Source of the DNA: Perkinsus chesapeaki ATCC PRA-425
Lineage: Eukaryota > Protista > Perkinsozoa
Length of the DNA stretch: 40,375 bases
Direction of reading: 5' to 3'
Assembly: GCA_013115145.1 (NCBI GenBank)
Contig: JAAPAO010000314.1
Location: forward strand, 1 to 40,375
Shown here piece by piece: positions 10,528 through 21,717 of the stretch. Numbering within the stretch: the first letter of the stretch is position 1; each line of letters begins with the position of its first letter. A program made the translations under genes and the position numbers. The notes beneath the pieces are model-generated. The model was not told where the DNA came from, did no database searches, and saw only the letters and a program-made list of their open reading frames with translations.

Positions 10528-12058
10528 ATGCCTGGTGCTCAGGAGGAGGCTCAGGTCAGTTACCTAGCTGTAGCGCGTCTCAGGGACCAGGCGGTAGGTC
10601 CTCAACGGCTTATAGTCAATCGGAGGTCGTGTCTTGGTAGGTTCTGCTGTCTTATTTCAATCCTGCCATTTCATCCCGAGAGCGTTCGCAGATCGAGACG
10701 GTCTTCTTTGAGGAGATCCACAAGCCGAATGCCGCTATACCTGGCTCGAGAAGAGTAGGTCCCCTAGAAAGTGACTTTGTTCGGAAAGCGAACTCGCATA
10801 CACCAAGGTCATTGTTACAGTGTCACCGTTATAACGCTTTGACCGGAGAATGTCTCCGTGACACCGTAGATGTGCTATAGCACATGTTAAAAAAATGTTA
10901 CTAATGTTACTAGCGCTAGTAACATTTGTGCTTTATTCTTTATCTTTTACAAGAGAACCTCCGAGCGTGGCATAAATATCTCCTGGGGGACTGATGCCAC
11001 GTTCCGAGTATTGCTACCTACAACCGCATCGGACTTGGTTGTACTGTTACCAGGGCCCTGTTGTGATCAGGTATCAGATGTAGGGCAAGGCGTAAATAAT
11101 AGGATTTACATACTTACCGACACTAATGCCATCTGCGTATACGTGGCTTGCCTTAAAGAAGGGTAGGGTTTTCGGATCAGCTTGCCCAACTTTTCTGTTT
11201 CTGAGTGCTTCTTTAAGGCAAGATGATTATTCTTTAAGGTATCCGGTCACAACAGCGTGGGAGCTATGCGAGGATATGCGAAAGTCTATTGAGGCTTCGG
11301 GAGTTCGCTTGGATGATGTACCGGCTGAGGGTCTGAGCAGACCAAACCGCAAACGTATGAAGGAGATAATGAGCAAGGTGGGCGTATGGGATGATGACCT
11401 TGAGTACTATCATCAGAGACTCCGTGATCCAAAGTGAATGTTTAATATAGCAGGTGGCTACGGGAGCTGGTCGGCGTACCGCATGCTTTCCCGTGAACAT
11501 ACTAATCATCGGTTATCGACCTATGCTTTCAGTATAATAATCCTACCGAGAACAACAAAACGGCCCGAGTTAAAGAAAAAGTGGACGAGGTCCACGGTGT
11601 TATGCAGGACAATGTAGGCTCGTGGGGCGTTCCTAGTCGAGCGCTCAAGGCTCCTGGTCTGGAGATTGATGTGTTGCACCAAGTGAATATCAGTGCTGAT
11701 TTACACTACCCGACAGCCTCGCTGCGAATCTCTTTCGAACATTCACAGCTGCTCGAATTAATCTTCCCTGTGGAGAGAACCAGTTCAACTAATGCGGAAG
11801 AGGGCATCGCCCTTAGAAACAATAATTTAACGAGTTTTGCATCACTGTTAGGTCCGACGTATTATCGAGAATCAGGAAACCACCGAGAGCTTAGGGCGTA
11901 GGACAGAGGATATGAACAGACAAGCGCACATATTTTTGAGACAGTCTGCTGATTTGAAGAGACAGATGCAGATTCGCAACATTAAGCTGAGGATCATTCT
12001 CGCTATTATTGTCATCTGCATCATTGTCTACATCATCGTACCCATCGTACGTCGATGA
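10528..12058 (+). CDS. VAMP7-like longin R-SNARE (synaptobrevin family), multi-exon
   Basis: Longin-like N-terminus (VSYLAVARLRDQA; RIYILTDTNAICVYVAC; YPVTTAWELCEDM), SNARE helix KVDEVHGVMQDN|VRRIIENQETTESLGRRTEDM and C-terminal TM IILAIIVICIIVYIIVPIV. Some internal exon boundaries uncertain. Confidence 0.85.
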
Positions 12059-12399
12059 CTCCAAGTCCAAACAGTCCAAGCCATAGTCATGTCGGAGGTG
12101 TTTGTATTCAGCAATGAGTTAGTACATGAATCATTTGCCGTTGGTATTTATCCCGCAGTCATGAGGTTTTGTAGAGCACTCAGCTGCGTTTGTGGATTTT
12201 TCACTTATTATTTGATAACATTGTATCTGAGTGGTTAATCAACGTTTTCACAGATGGCTTAGAGTTGACACAAAGAAGTTCCTTGAATAGGCCCTAAATT
12301 TCGGGGACAATCTTGTGTGAATTTCAGTCGAGGCTCTCGGCTCGAGGGCGTCGACTGCGTCGAGCCGATTCGACAGTCGGATTCCGAATCGAGGTGAAC

Positions 12400-13761
12400 A
12401 AGCACCCGACTCGGGTGCTTCTCGGGTGACCCGAGATTCTTCGCTCGAAGCAGACAACTTGTCTGAGACAAGCGAAGCGTACACTGGAGCTTTCTGGGCA
12501 TACACAGTTCAATTTCAAGGTATGCAAGAAACATTCGATGCGAGTCTCGTATAACGAGGAGATCTGAAATTTAGACTCTTATGCGACAAGCTAGCACCAA
12601 GCGCATGACAAGCGCGTGATCATGTGACCTCATAGCGGCTATGACATAGCCTACGAGTCATAGGGGCCCTATGATAGGGCCTATGACATAGGCATCATGT
12701 CGCATCATGGGTGTAAGTTACGCCGCGTAACTCATACGAAATACGCCCACATTTTGTTGCATGTTCCCCGCGTTCAACGTGCGTTGGTACTGCGCGTTTA
12801 AGCCATAAACTTTGATCGTCTGGTACTAAACTGGTAGTGCTAATAGGAACTCCAGTATTGGTCAGTATGTACTGATAGTACGGTACCATTATTAATATTA
12901 TGGTCAACTTGACCACGTCAAGCCTTTGGTAATACTAAAGCGGTTAGAGCTTCAAAGAATAATTGTGAATACGGTAACCTTGTAACTTATCGTTTGATAA
13001 ACGATTAAATCCTTCCGCTACGGATCCACCGAACTCGGAGCCTCTGAGTCAGAGGTGCCGGACAGGATTGGCGCGTGGAAGTAAACATGTGAAAGAAACG
13101 AAATAGGTGAACTCGCGTCGTCCGCGTGGCCGACCCAAGCAGTGAGCTCAGTACGAGGGCACATACTTAGGAGATAGCCTACTTGGACTTTACTAAGGAA
13201 ATTCCTTAGCCGCGCGCTACCCGCAATGAAAAAAACACAAGCTCATCCCCCCGAAAGTATCTAACCTGCAGTGCGTGTGTGACCTTAGGATACGGCATAG
13301 CGTGATCGATACGCGTGAGTTAGAATCTTGGCACACAATCTGTGTACGCGCGCACACGCGCCAGCTCCATGTGACGCGCGACCCGCTGATGGGAGTTACT
13401 GTACGTCGACGCGCGCCTTCGCTCCCTCAATTTAACTCCTGATCACTAACGTGATTTCGATAATATCGTATAATACGATTCTTATTCAGTGAATACTATA
13501 ATAGTAATGCTATCCACAATTATGCTTGGAACAATTGTGAATAGACGATGTTTAACTGCTATGGCTTGATTTGAGCTGCTTAGAGTAGTGACTCAGTTAC
13601 TGTCAGTAACTTACTGAGGATATAGTGGCATGGGTTTGCGGGTGCGTGAGCACCGTACGCAGCGTAGTACGCTGAGCGTACATATAGGATGATCCCATTA
13701 GGATTACTAGTAATTCTGATTTTCCCCGTACATCAAGGCTTGATGTACGGGGAAAATCAGA
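12400..13761. repeat. Cluster of at least 16 short inverted repeats with single-base spacers in a convergent intergenic region
   Basis: Examples: AAGCACCCGA-C-TCGGGTGCTT (12400-12420), CTAAGGAA-A-TTCCTTAG (13193-13209), 23-bp perfect arms at 13715-13761. Confidence 0.9.
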
Positions 13762-13864
13762 CTTGATGATCAGGTACATACAAATTGTTATTTCGGTGAA
13801 AATGCTCACGAATTGGTTTAACTTTCAAGACAAATCCTCCTGTAACACCACAAGGTTGCATGGT

Positions 13865-14544
13865 TTATAGTCCCATCTCCACGTCATTAGCCTGTAGATC
13901 TTCCTCAGGCCATCTGAAAGAACATAATCTAATACAAAGAATAACATTCTGACAGAGAATGATCTGAGGTTCAAATATCGTATTCCAACTGTAATACAGA
14001 GAGTCTCTGTATTACAGTTGAAATATGATATTTGTGACAGTCGCATTGTGGCTGGATTCTCACCTTGCCTCCTTTATCTTGCGTGTCTCTAGCAAGGCCA
14101 TCCTAATTTTCACTGTCAGCCACAATTGAAGTAGCGAGGCCCCAAACGCGAGTGCGCTTAAGACCGAAACTACTATCAAAAGAGCCTCGGGATAGTCCTT
14201 GCCGGAGACCAAAGGCACACCAGTGCCACCGCTTGAAGCCGCCGCGCCACTGTCGGGAGGAGCGGAAGTAGTTGTGAGCCTGAGGAAAAGCACCAAAGGA
14301 GTTAGCCGGTACCGTACCCGAAGCGTGGAGCTAGTTTGGCTCACCTTCGATCCTCAAGCATAGGAGAGTGCTCATCTTCTTTCTCCGTTTCCAGTGCATC
14401 GTAAAACTCTTCCATCGAATGGGAGATGTCCCCAACCATTGAAAAGGCCGCCGTGGTCGCCGGCTCGAAAATATCGATGGAGTTGAAGTCAAATGCTCCA
14501 GATGGAATAGAAGCGAGGAGAACGAAGAATCCGAAGATGAACAT
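13865..14544 (-). CDS. Hypothetical single-pass type I membrane protein, 3 exons
   Basis: Signal-like MFIFGFFVLLASIPSGA, acidic then Ser/Thr/Gly-rich region, TM ALLIVVSVLSALAFGASLLQLWL. After a 150-nt intron (14063..13914) the frame ends R|WPEEDLQANDVEMGL*. Confidence 0.65.
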
Positions 14545-14898
14545 GTTCCAGTTATTAACTGAATAATGTTTCCCTGCACCAGCCGCACTGCTTAATAAGC
14601 AGCTTAAGTTACGCTCCAGAATGGCGGTCGAAGGACGCCATGATGATTCCTTATGATGTGCACATTTCATGCATTCTGAGAAATCGGAAGGGCCCTAGAG
14701 TAGCGCGCTCGATTTCCACTGTGAAATCTCACCGAATACGGCATCACGGGAGGGAACCACAAACCTAACTCGAAGCCTGGAAGCCGGGATCTCTGGGTAC
14801 CCCAGACTGGGTTCACGAGCTAACTCCATAATAATCCCGTGCACCCGAGGGTGGCCAAGTTGTGTGTTTCCTATGTCAGTCTATTGTTCCATTCTTGA

Positions 14899-15450
14899 CC
14901 TCAAAGTTTGAGGCTCAAACGGAGCAAGTGATGCAGCTTCAGTTGCGAAATATTGTTCAAGGTCTTTGGTAATCGCCGTATCCAAGAGATTTGTTAAAAA
15001 AATTGTCCCTCAAAAACCACTCGATATTTGTCTCGACCTGGCTCGGCCGTACGGTACGGCCCGTACCATGTGCCTAGTTGTACACTGATCATAACTCAGT
15101 AATTAATTGGGCGAAAGTACTTTCCCAGGGCAAAAGTGCGCATTTTCGGGAAAATGCGGAAACACTGAGTATTGAAGAGTTAACCAAAGCTCAGTAGATT
15201 GCTAGCGGGAATTCCCCAAACCCAAAACTCGATAAAGTATATGACAGTCACTTTGCTTACACGGCGAGCGCAACCTGTGCCCTGGAAATCGGATTAATGC
15301 CCTGTGAAAAAGGATTTACCCGTAATTTGCACGCATCCCCGCCTTGCACGCATGGGTTGTGTCGCTAGTCTACTTTGTGTCGGGCTGTGCAATTAATCTT
15401 GCCAGTGCGCAATCCCTTCTTGCGCGACACTTCAGTGAAGTGACTTCACT
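14899..15450. repeat. Three pairs of chained single-spacer inverted repeats in a divergent intergenic region
   Basis: 14899-14920, 15045-15067 and 15428-15450, each two overlapping palindromes with 7-8 bp arms. Confidence 0.85.
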
Positions 15451-16194
15451 ACCGCTACAGTCCTTTGCCCTTCCGAAAACCAGAAATTTTCCAGGGTTGC
15501 CAGGCATTTCCATGGGAATTTGATGGCAGGCTGTCAATGACACCGCCTGCTTATCCCATCGGCTCTGGTCACCAGTGATGACTCACCACCGAGCGCATAT
15601 AATTGTGAAAGGTTCTCTCCTGTTCCCTGATGTCTTTTTCGTGGAAATGGGGGACTTGCAGGGAATCATCCCCCGGGGAATGGAAAATTTACGGGCCAAC
15701 GTGAAGTCCGCCGAGCTTGGCCCTCGAAGCGAAGCGTTAATACGGCTCTTATAAGAGGATCAATTCTTCAGAGGCTGTTGAACGACCTTCCTGTGTCACT
15801 TCTTAAAAGAGATTCGGTGGCAGTTGAACATGGCTTACGAAGACTTTTCGTTGGAAAGAGGCTTGAATACACCCTTGAATTGACAGTAGTGATGGTTCTA
15901 CTGTAATGCCTCTCGTGTGAGGAACATGGCTGAAATCTACCCTGGTACATTGGAAGGGGAAGCGATGTTGTGTTGTTGTGGCAATTAGTCTTTGTTGGGT
16001 AACATTCAATAACTTCATAAGATAAAATGAAATTTGTTCCTCGAGTTTCTACCACAGAGATACGAGATGAAAAGTTTGATGTAGAATGTAACATCCGACA
16101 TCACCTGTAACTTCATGGATGTTACTGAAAAGGGGAGCATCAATTACATTCCAGTTGACCGTGTTTAGCGGCAGTCCTCTTGTCTTCACAGTTA

Positions 16195-18727
16195 ATGGCG
16201 TCCAAACAGGAGGTCACTCCGGAAACACTCAGGATCTACTACGAGCGGCTTTTCCCTTGTCGTGACTTCTGCCGATGGCTTTGCTATCGTGAAGATGGTC
16301 CTGGAGGCAAGGCGGTGACCAGATCACCTGAGAATGAGGTACTAGATGAAGTCCTGCAAGCTGGTGATGTTGAGATTAGGGCACGCCTATGACATATATT
16401 ACTTGTTCAGGGAGGAGGGTTCTTGTTTCGGCGAGAGTTCTCATTCACTCTACCGGGAGATATTTACTGCCGTTATCTGTCTTTTCATGGGCAACATGAT
16501 TTTCGGAAGGCCTTACTTGACAGGGTGCCAGACAAGGTAATAAGCTTTGTTCGGTTGTCAATCTCATGTGGCTCCGTTGGATATATGCCACGTCACCCCT
16601 CGGTCGACAGAGTGAAACACTTCATTACTTAATGAACTTGATGTTACTAGGTTGTCCACCAATCGATCATCGTTATATCTCAGATTGATATCGGAGCTGT
16701 CTTTAATATCCCTCCAACCAACTACCAGCAGTTTGGCCTAACTGGAGGCAGCGGTACTATTCACACAACATGGGAAGGTTTACCTTATTACAGGCGGTGG
16801 GTTCCATCCGCAGCAAAGGGAACTAGTCTTTGATATTGATATGGACGATTATGATGAAGTTCGGAGGTGCTGCTCAGGGTCCAATGTGAGATGCTAGGAT
16901 GGCCGCACCGCTACGGTGTGCATTCAGGTGTGCAAACTTTGCTGGACGTTCATTGCCTGTGCAGTTAAGATCCTCGATAAAGCACTGAGGGAGGACTTTG
17001 GCTTCAAGCATATCATGTTTGTATTTTCTGGTCGCAGAGGAGTGCATTGTTGGGTATGCGATGAGGTAATAGCTGTGAACATGGATGAAATGATCATTGG
17101 GGAAGGCAAGGGGACGAGGGGGTTGGTGGAGACTGGTTGGTCAAATACTTTGGGATTGAGTCTTGCTTATCAATTGGGAGCTGACCAGCAGCCCATTGAG
17201 AAAAGGGGATAGCTGGGAACTCACGCTTGGTGCAGAGCTTCAAGGAATCCTTCTTAAAGTTCATCGAACGTTACTAATAGTGTCTTACCTCAGTCGGCTA
17301 GGAAGCTGAGTAACGATCAAAGGTCGGCGGTGGCTGAGTATCTTCAATTACTGAACGGTGGAAGGTAGTATTCGGTGGGTGGGTTTGGGCCTGCATGAAG
17401 AGAGCGAACGGACATCATTGGTAACTGGGTTTGCTCCGTAAGCTTGTAAGGCACAGTTTAGTATACGTAGACATGACCGAAGATTCGAGGCGAGACTCCT
17501 GTGTTGATTATTAGTCATTTGCATACTTAATAGATAATGAATAATATAGATCAGGTGCAAGTACATTCGTTCGTCAACTCAGCAACGGCACCCTCATGTT
17601 AGACGAGCGGTGGAAGTTTGCCATAAATACTTGGAGATGCCAGGGGTAATGCAGCAGCCGATGTGAGTCATGTATCTGAGTCATCATCTAGTGTGGACTA
17701 TTGGAGGGTCAACAACTTCTGGGAGCACCTCCGAAGGAAGAGGATAAAGAGTTGTTACAAAAGATTGTTAATGCTGCTATACCTGCGAGTGATCCGGTTG
17801 GGCGTGCTGAGGCTAAGAGCTTTCTGTCTTCAAAAAGGACAAGTCTCGAAGTAGTATGGGCTTGGGTGGATGAAGCTGGTCGGGACAGTCCTCCGGATAC
17901 TTCTCCGATTTCACGTCAGCTCGGCGTGTCTGGTTGGATGCTAAGTCGCTTCGTTGTGGATGTATCTGCCTTGTCAGCTTAAGGGCTTCGTTATTGTGTG
18001 TTAATCCTCGTTGGGTACCTCCTAAACGCACATGATCTTCTGTGCATGACTGATCGGAGTGAGATATATTTTATTATTCAATTTCAAGTAGGATATTTTT
18101 TCACTGACATTATTTCTCATTACTTTATGAACGCCAGTTTACTAGTAAATTTTGACAGTGAATGAACCCCACAGTATGAGCGGTATTGCGCCTTAGCATC
18201 ACACAGAAGTTTACAAATTAATCTTATTCCTCCCTGTCAAGCATTACAAGGAAAAAACCTGAGATTCGATAAGAAGCAAAAGTTTTACGGCAAAGGTGTT
18301 TTTATCTTTTACTTCCAGGTATGGCAGTGGTTATCGGGTCGAGCGAGCTCGGTGGCGATGGACGAGATATCTTTAGAGCTAGCATACCCGAGACTTGATA
18401 TTAATGTGTCGAAGCAGATGAACCATCTTCTGAAGGCTCCCTTCTGCATTCACCCCAAGACAGGACGAGTATGCGTGCCGTTAATTGACGTTAATAAGCC
18501 AGAGTCATTCGACCCATTGAGCGTGCCGACGGTGGCGGATCTTTACGAGGAGCTAGCGGCGCAGAAGGAAAATGCTGAGAAACACACGAGCCTGTCGAGG
18601 TAGGCCGGGCTGGTTTCCGGTTGCAGGCTCGAGTGGGTTTAGGTATCTGAGCTTCTTTAAGAAGTTCGTGGAGGGGGTCGAAGCTGATGTCCTCGGGGAA
18701 AAGAGAGATGTTGAGATGGAATTTTAA
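16195..18727 (+). CDS. PRIM1: DNA primase small (catalytic) subunit, multi-exon
   Basis: [85 protein letters not shown] motifs in order across short introns. Confidence 0.96.
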
Positions 18728-19620
18728 TAACAATAATGCATGCAGATTTTCCTTGGCTGTTCGGTTGTGTTTAAAATTGGTGATGAACCTGCTTCAGCTT
18801 GGCCTTGTTGTCGTCCGTTCCTTGCGAGGACGGAGCATGACGGGGGCTATAAGCAAAGACAAGCCGTACTCGCCGTCCAGGTCGGTTGTGACGCTAGCTC
18901 GCAGGAGATGTCATTTGGTCGCAGATACCTGAGCACTGTTCGATGGGTTAATGACTCTGTAGTGGCTGAGCTCATGAACGAAAGCCAAGCAGCGTCATCG
19001 TGGACGTCACCGGGATCGCCTGCGAGGCCAGATGCTTCGCCGGCCGGAACTCCTCATAACACTCCGCCAGCAACGGCGTCTTCATTGATGCTTCTGGCAT
19101 CTGGGCCGCCGGTCTCCACACTCAACCCGAGCGATAGGAGCCTTGCAGCGCTCCAGCTTGGGAGAAGGGCTGCATTGGAGTCTAGGAAGTAATAGGGCGG
19201 GGAGCGGCGGTTAGGCTTGTATTAGTAACACTTGGGTCATCACGGAATATTATTGCAGTCGAGACATTTTCGCAAGCCGTTTGAAAATATACCATCCATC
19301 TTAATAAGAGGGGTCTGTAGCATGTCTTGGATGATATTATGGTATCGTTTTAATCAATATATCTGTTTGAATATACTATCAGTTGCCATGTGTAGTGATA
19401 GTTAGTAATCCTCGGAACACCACAGCCAGAAGCTCTGTGTTTGGCTATTCGGTGATGCGGAGGATAACGTTAACTTCATGGCTTGCCGCGACTGACTAGT
19501 GTGATGAATATCGAAGGCATAACCATAGGAACCTTGCTCGAGTTATGTACGCTAAGGAGACGCGCCGCCCTAAATCGTCCTACTCGAGAACGCTAGGCTT
19601 TTGGACTTCATAGAGCTAAT

Positions 19621-21717
19621 ATGGAGTATTTTAGGTACGTTGTTAACTGCCTGATGCATTCACCGCCTCAGAAGGCGACATCTCATCAAGTGGAGGATAT
19701 CCTACCTTGGGCAATTCAAAGGCTGGAGACATTCGACGAGTACTGTGATGACCTCGCTAGTAGGGAGGCTCGGGAGAGTGATGTCGAACAACTGAGATAT
19801 ATGAGAAGGAAACGTCAGCGTTCGGGGAGCACGAACAACAGCAGCAGTACGCTGGAGATCGACCCTCAGTCGGCATCGGGGCAGGTGTCGCATCTTTACT
19901 CGCAGCTGGCGGAGGCTACTGAGCAGGGGAGGGTGGTGGCTAGTGTGCCTGAGAAAACCCGCAAGATGATTCGCAAGAGGGTCTCGATAGACAGTGTAGA
20001 GTTGGTGTCGTTTGAGCTGATGTGTCTGTGCATGTTGCAGCTGCCAAACGGCAGCAGTCCGGCAACCAGCGATGATTCAGACTCGGATGGTGAGGAGGGC
20101 GGAGTTGCGCCGAAGGAGATAGAGGATAGGGTTTGGTTTTTGTTGGAGAGGAAGTGTGGGCAGTTGGGAGATAGGCAAGGTCAGCTCTGGGAGAGGGTCC
20201 ACCTGGCATCGCTGGCAGCCTGTGCCGTCGCTCTCTTCGTCAAGTGCTATGCTCCAATGACGTCTGATAGGCAACAATCGGAATCGGAAGACTTCAAAGC
20301 TCGGGCTGTAGTATCGGCGACGATTGCCAAGCCTCCGCCAGAGCGCATCTTACTGTATGGTGGCCGAGCAGTTGTGGGTGATGATAGAATGGTCGAAGTG
20401 ACTAGAGCCGTTCCTGGCAGTGGAGGTGTTGTGGTTAGAGAGGCTGTCCGGAGGAGGACCTTCGAGGAGCCCTATGAGCACCTGCTCCTGCTGGAGGACC
20501 TAGAAAGAGCGTTGCATGGTAATTGTGGTGGAGGCGACCCGCACGATCAGCTCAGCGCGGCAGCTTCGAGAGCAGCGGCGTCGTCGCCTCCACCGAATTT
20601 GGTTGGCTGGACTGTTGTGGATGAAAATGAAGATGACGAGGATGATTCTAGGAAGCAGAAACCGTGTCCGGCGTATCTCAGTGTCGAGACAGAGGGCCGC
20701 TACTGTGACTTCAACCTGGTGCACGGAGCATCGGCCTTGGTCAGTGAGGAGACTATTAAGGAGGTTATGGAAGATCTGCCGGCCAGTCAGGCAGCTACAT
20801 TAAGTGAGTTCCTAGAGGACAGCGAGATTCACATCGAAGGGCCAGAGGAAAGCCTTGGCGGCGGTGATGATGAGGATACCGAGATGCGGGTTGGAGGCCC
20901 TCGGATACCCAAAGGCTTCCTTAGTGATGAGTATGGCTTGCTTAGTCTTGTTAATGATACAGACTCTGATGAGAGCGTTAAGGAGGGCGGAGTCAAGCAA
21001 CAGTCTCCTACTAAGGCTTCCTGTCCCGGTGACGCGCCTCGATTCTGCGGAGTCTGTGGGGGTGGATGCGATAAGTCGTCAACTTTTACATGCAAAAATT
21101 GTGCTGTCAGCATCCATGACGAGTGTCGTAACGTTCTCGGCTGGAGCAGAGACAATACTGCTCGGGGCCTCTGTCTGGCCTGCTCACACAGTAGTGTCCC
21201 CCGCATGCCAACATGCATGCTTTGCCCTTGTAAGGATGCAAGGCGCAGCGTGCTGATGCCCGAGGGGGAATCTGGCCACGGAGCCTGGTGCCATTTGCTT
21301 TGTTGTATGTCCTTTTCCGGCGTATCTATCATCCGGGATAGTCTAGGCTATCTGAGGGTGGTCCTGGGCCATGGGGACAGCTCTGGTCGTAATGAAGGTC
21401 ATCATCGAGCTCTCCAACCCAACAGTGCTCTGCCTCCTATCTACCACACGATGTTCATACAGCAGCGACGGCAGCAGAGGACCAGACGCTATGTCTGTGG
21501 GTCATGCGGCTTGCCAGTGGTATGGGGCCAAGCTCAAGTGAGATGTTGTGCGAAGGTATGCCGACGACGGTTCCATGCCATCTGCGCGCCTAATAGAGTT
21601 GATCGCTTCTTGAAAGGAGCAGCAGCTCCACAGGGCCGCAGGAAGAAGGGGGCACAACCTCTGTTGTACACTGTGGTGTCCTGCGCCGAGCATGCCATAG
21701 AGGAAGTGAAGGCTTAG
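19621..21717 (+). CDS. PHD plus extended-PHD (PZP-like) zinc finger chromatin protein, 698 aa; further 5' exons possible
   Basis: CGVC...CKNC...IHDEC...CLAC followed by CMLC...WCHLLC and CGSC...CCAKVCRRRFHAIC, the arrangement seen in BRPF/JADE/AF10-type PZP modules; acidic low-complexity middle. Confidence 0.8.
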   Translation: MEYFRYVVNCLMHSPPQKATSHQVEDILPWAIQRLETFDEYCDDLASREARESDVEQLRYMRRKRQRSGSTNNSSSTLEIDPQSASGQVSHLYSQLAEATEQGRVVASVPEKTRKMIRKRVSIDSVELVSFELMCLCMLQLPNGSSPATSDDSDSDGEEGGVAPKEIEDRVWFLLERKCGQLGDRQGQLWERVHLASLAACAVALFVKCYAPMTSDRQQSESEDFKARAVVSATIAKPPPERILLYGGRAVVGDDRMVEVTRAVPGSGGVVVREAVRRRTFEEPYEHLLLLEDLERALHGNCGGGDPHDQLSAAASRAAASSPPPNLVGWTVVDENEDDEDDSRKQKPCPAYLSVETEGRYCDFNLVHGASALVSEETIKEVMEDLPASQAATLSEFLEDSEIHIEGPEESLGGGDDEDTEMRVGGPRIPKGFLSDEYGLLSLVNDTDSDESVKEGGVKQQSPTKASCPGDAPRFCGVCGGGCDKSSTFTCKNCAVSIHDECRNVLGWSRDNTARGLCLACSHSSVPRMPTCMLCPCKDARRSVLMPEGESGHGAWCHLLCCMSFSGVSIIRDSLGYLRVVLGHGDSSGRNEGHHRALQPNSALPPIYHTMFIQQRRQQRTRRYVCGSCGLPVVWGQAQVRCCAKVCRRRFHAICAPNRVDRFLKGAAAPQGRRKKGAQPLLYTVVSCAEHAIEEVKA

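Noticed and set aside
12695-12916. 73-aa minus-strand ORF in the palindrome-rich region, considered as a transposon remnant
   Set aside because: No recognisable RT, transposase, Rep or nuclease motif; no terminal repeats or target duplication found bounding the region.
15768-16094. 108-aa minus-strand ORF upstream of primase
   Set aside because: No motif, signal peptide or convincing splice model; left unannotated.
18740-19192. 150-aa plus-strand ORF just after primase
   Set aside because: No motif; the antisense frame is almost equally open, so strand and coding status cannot be decided.
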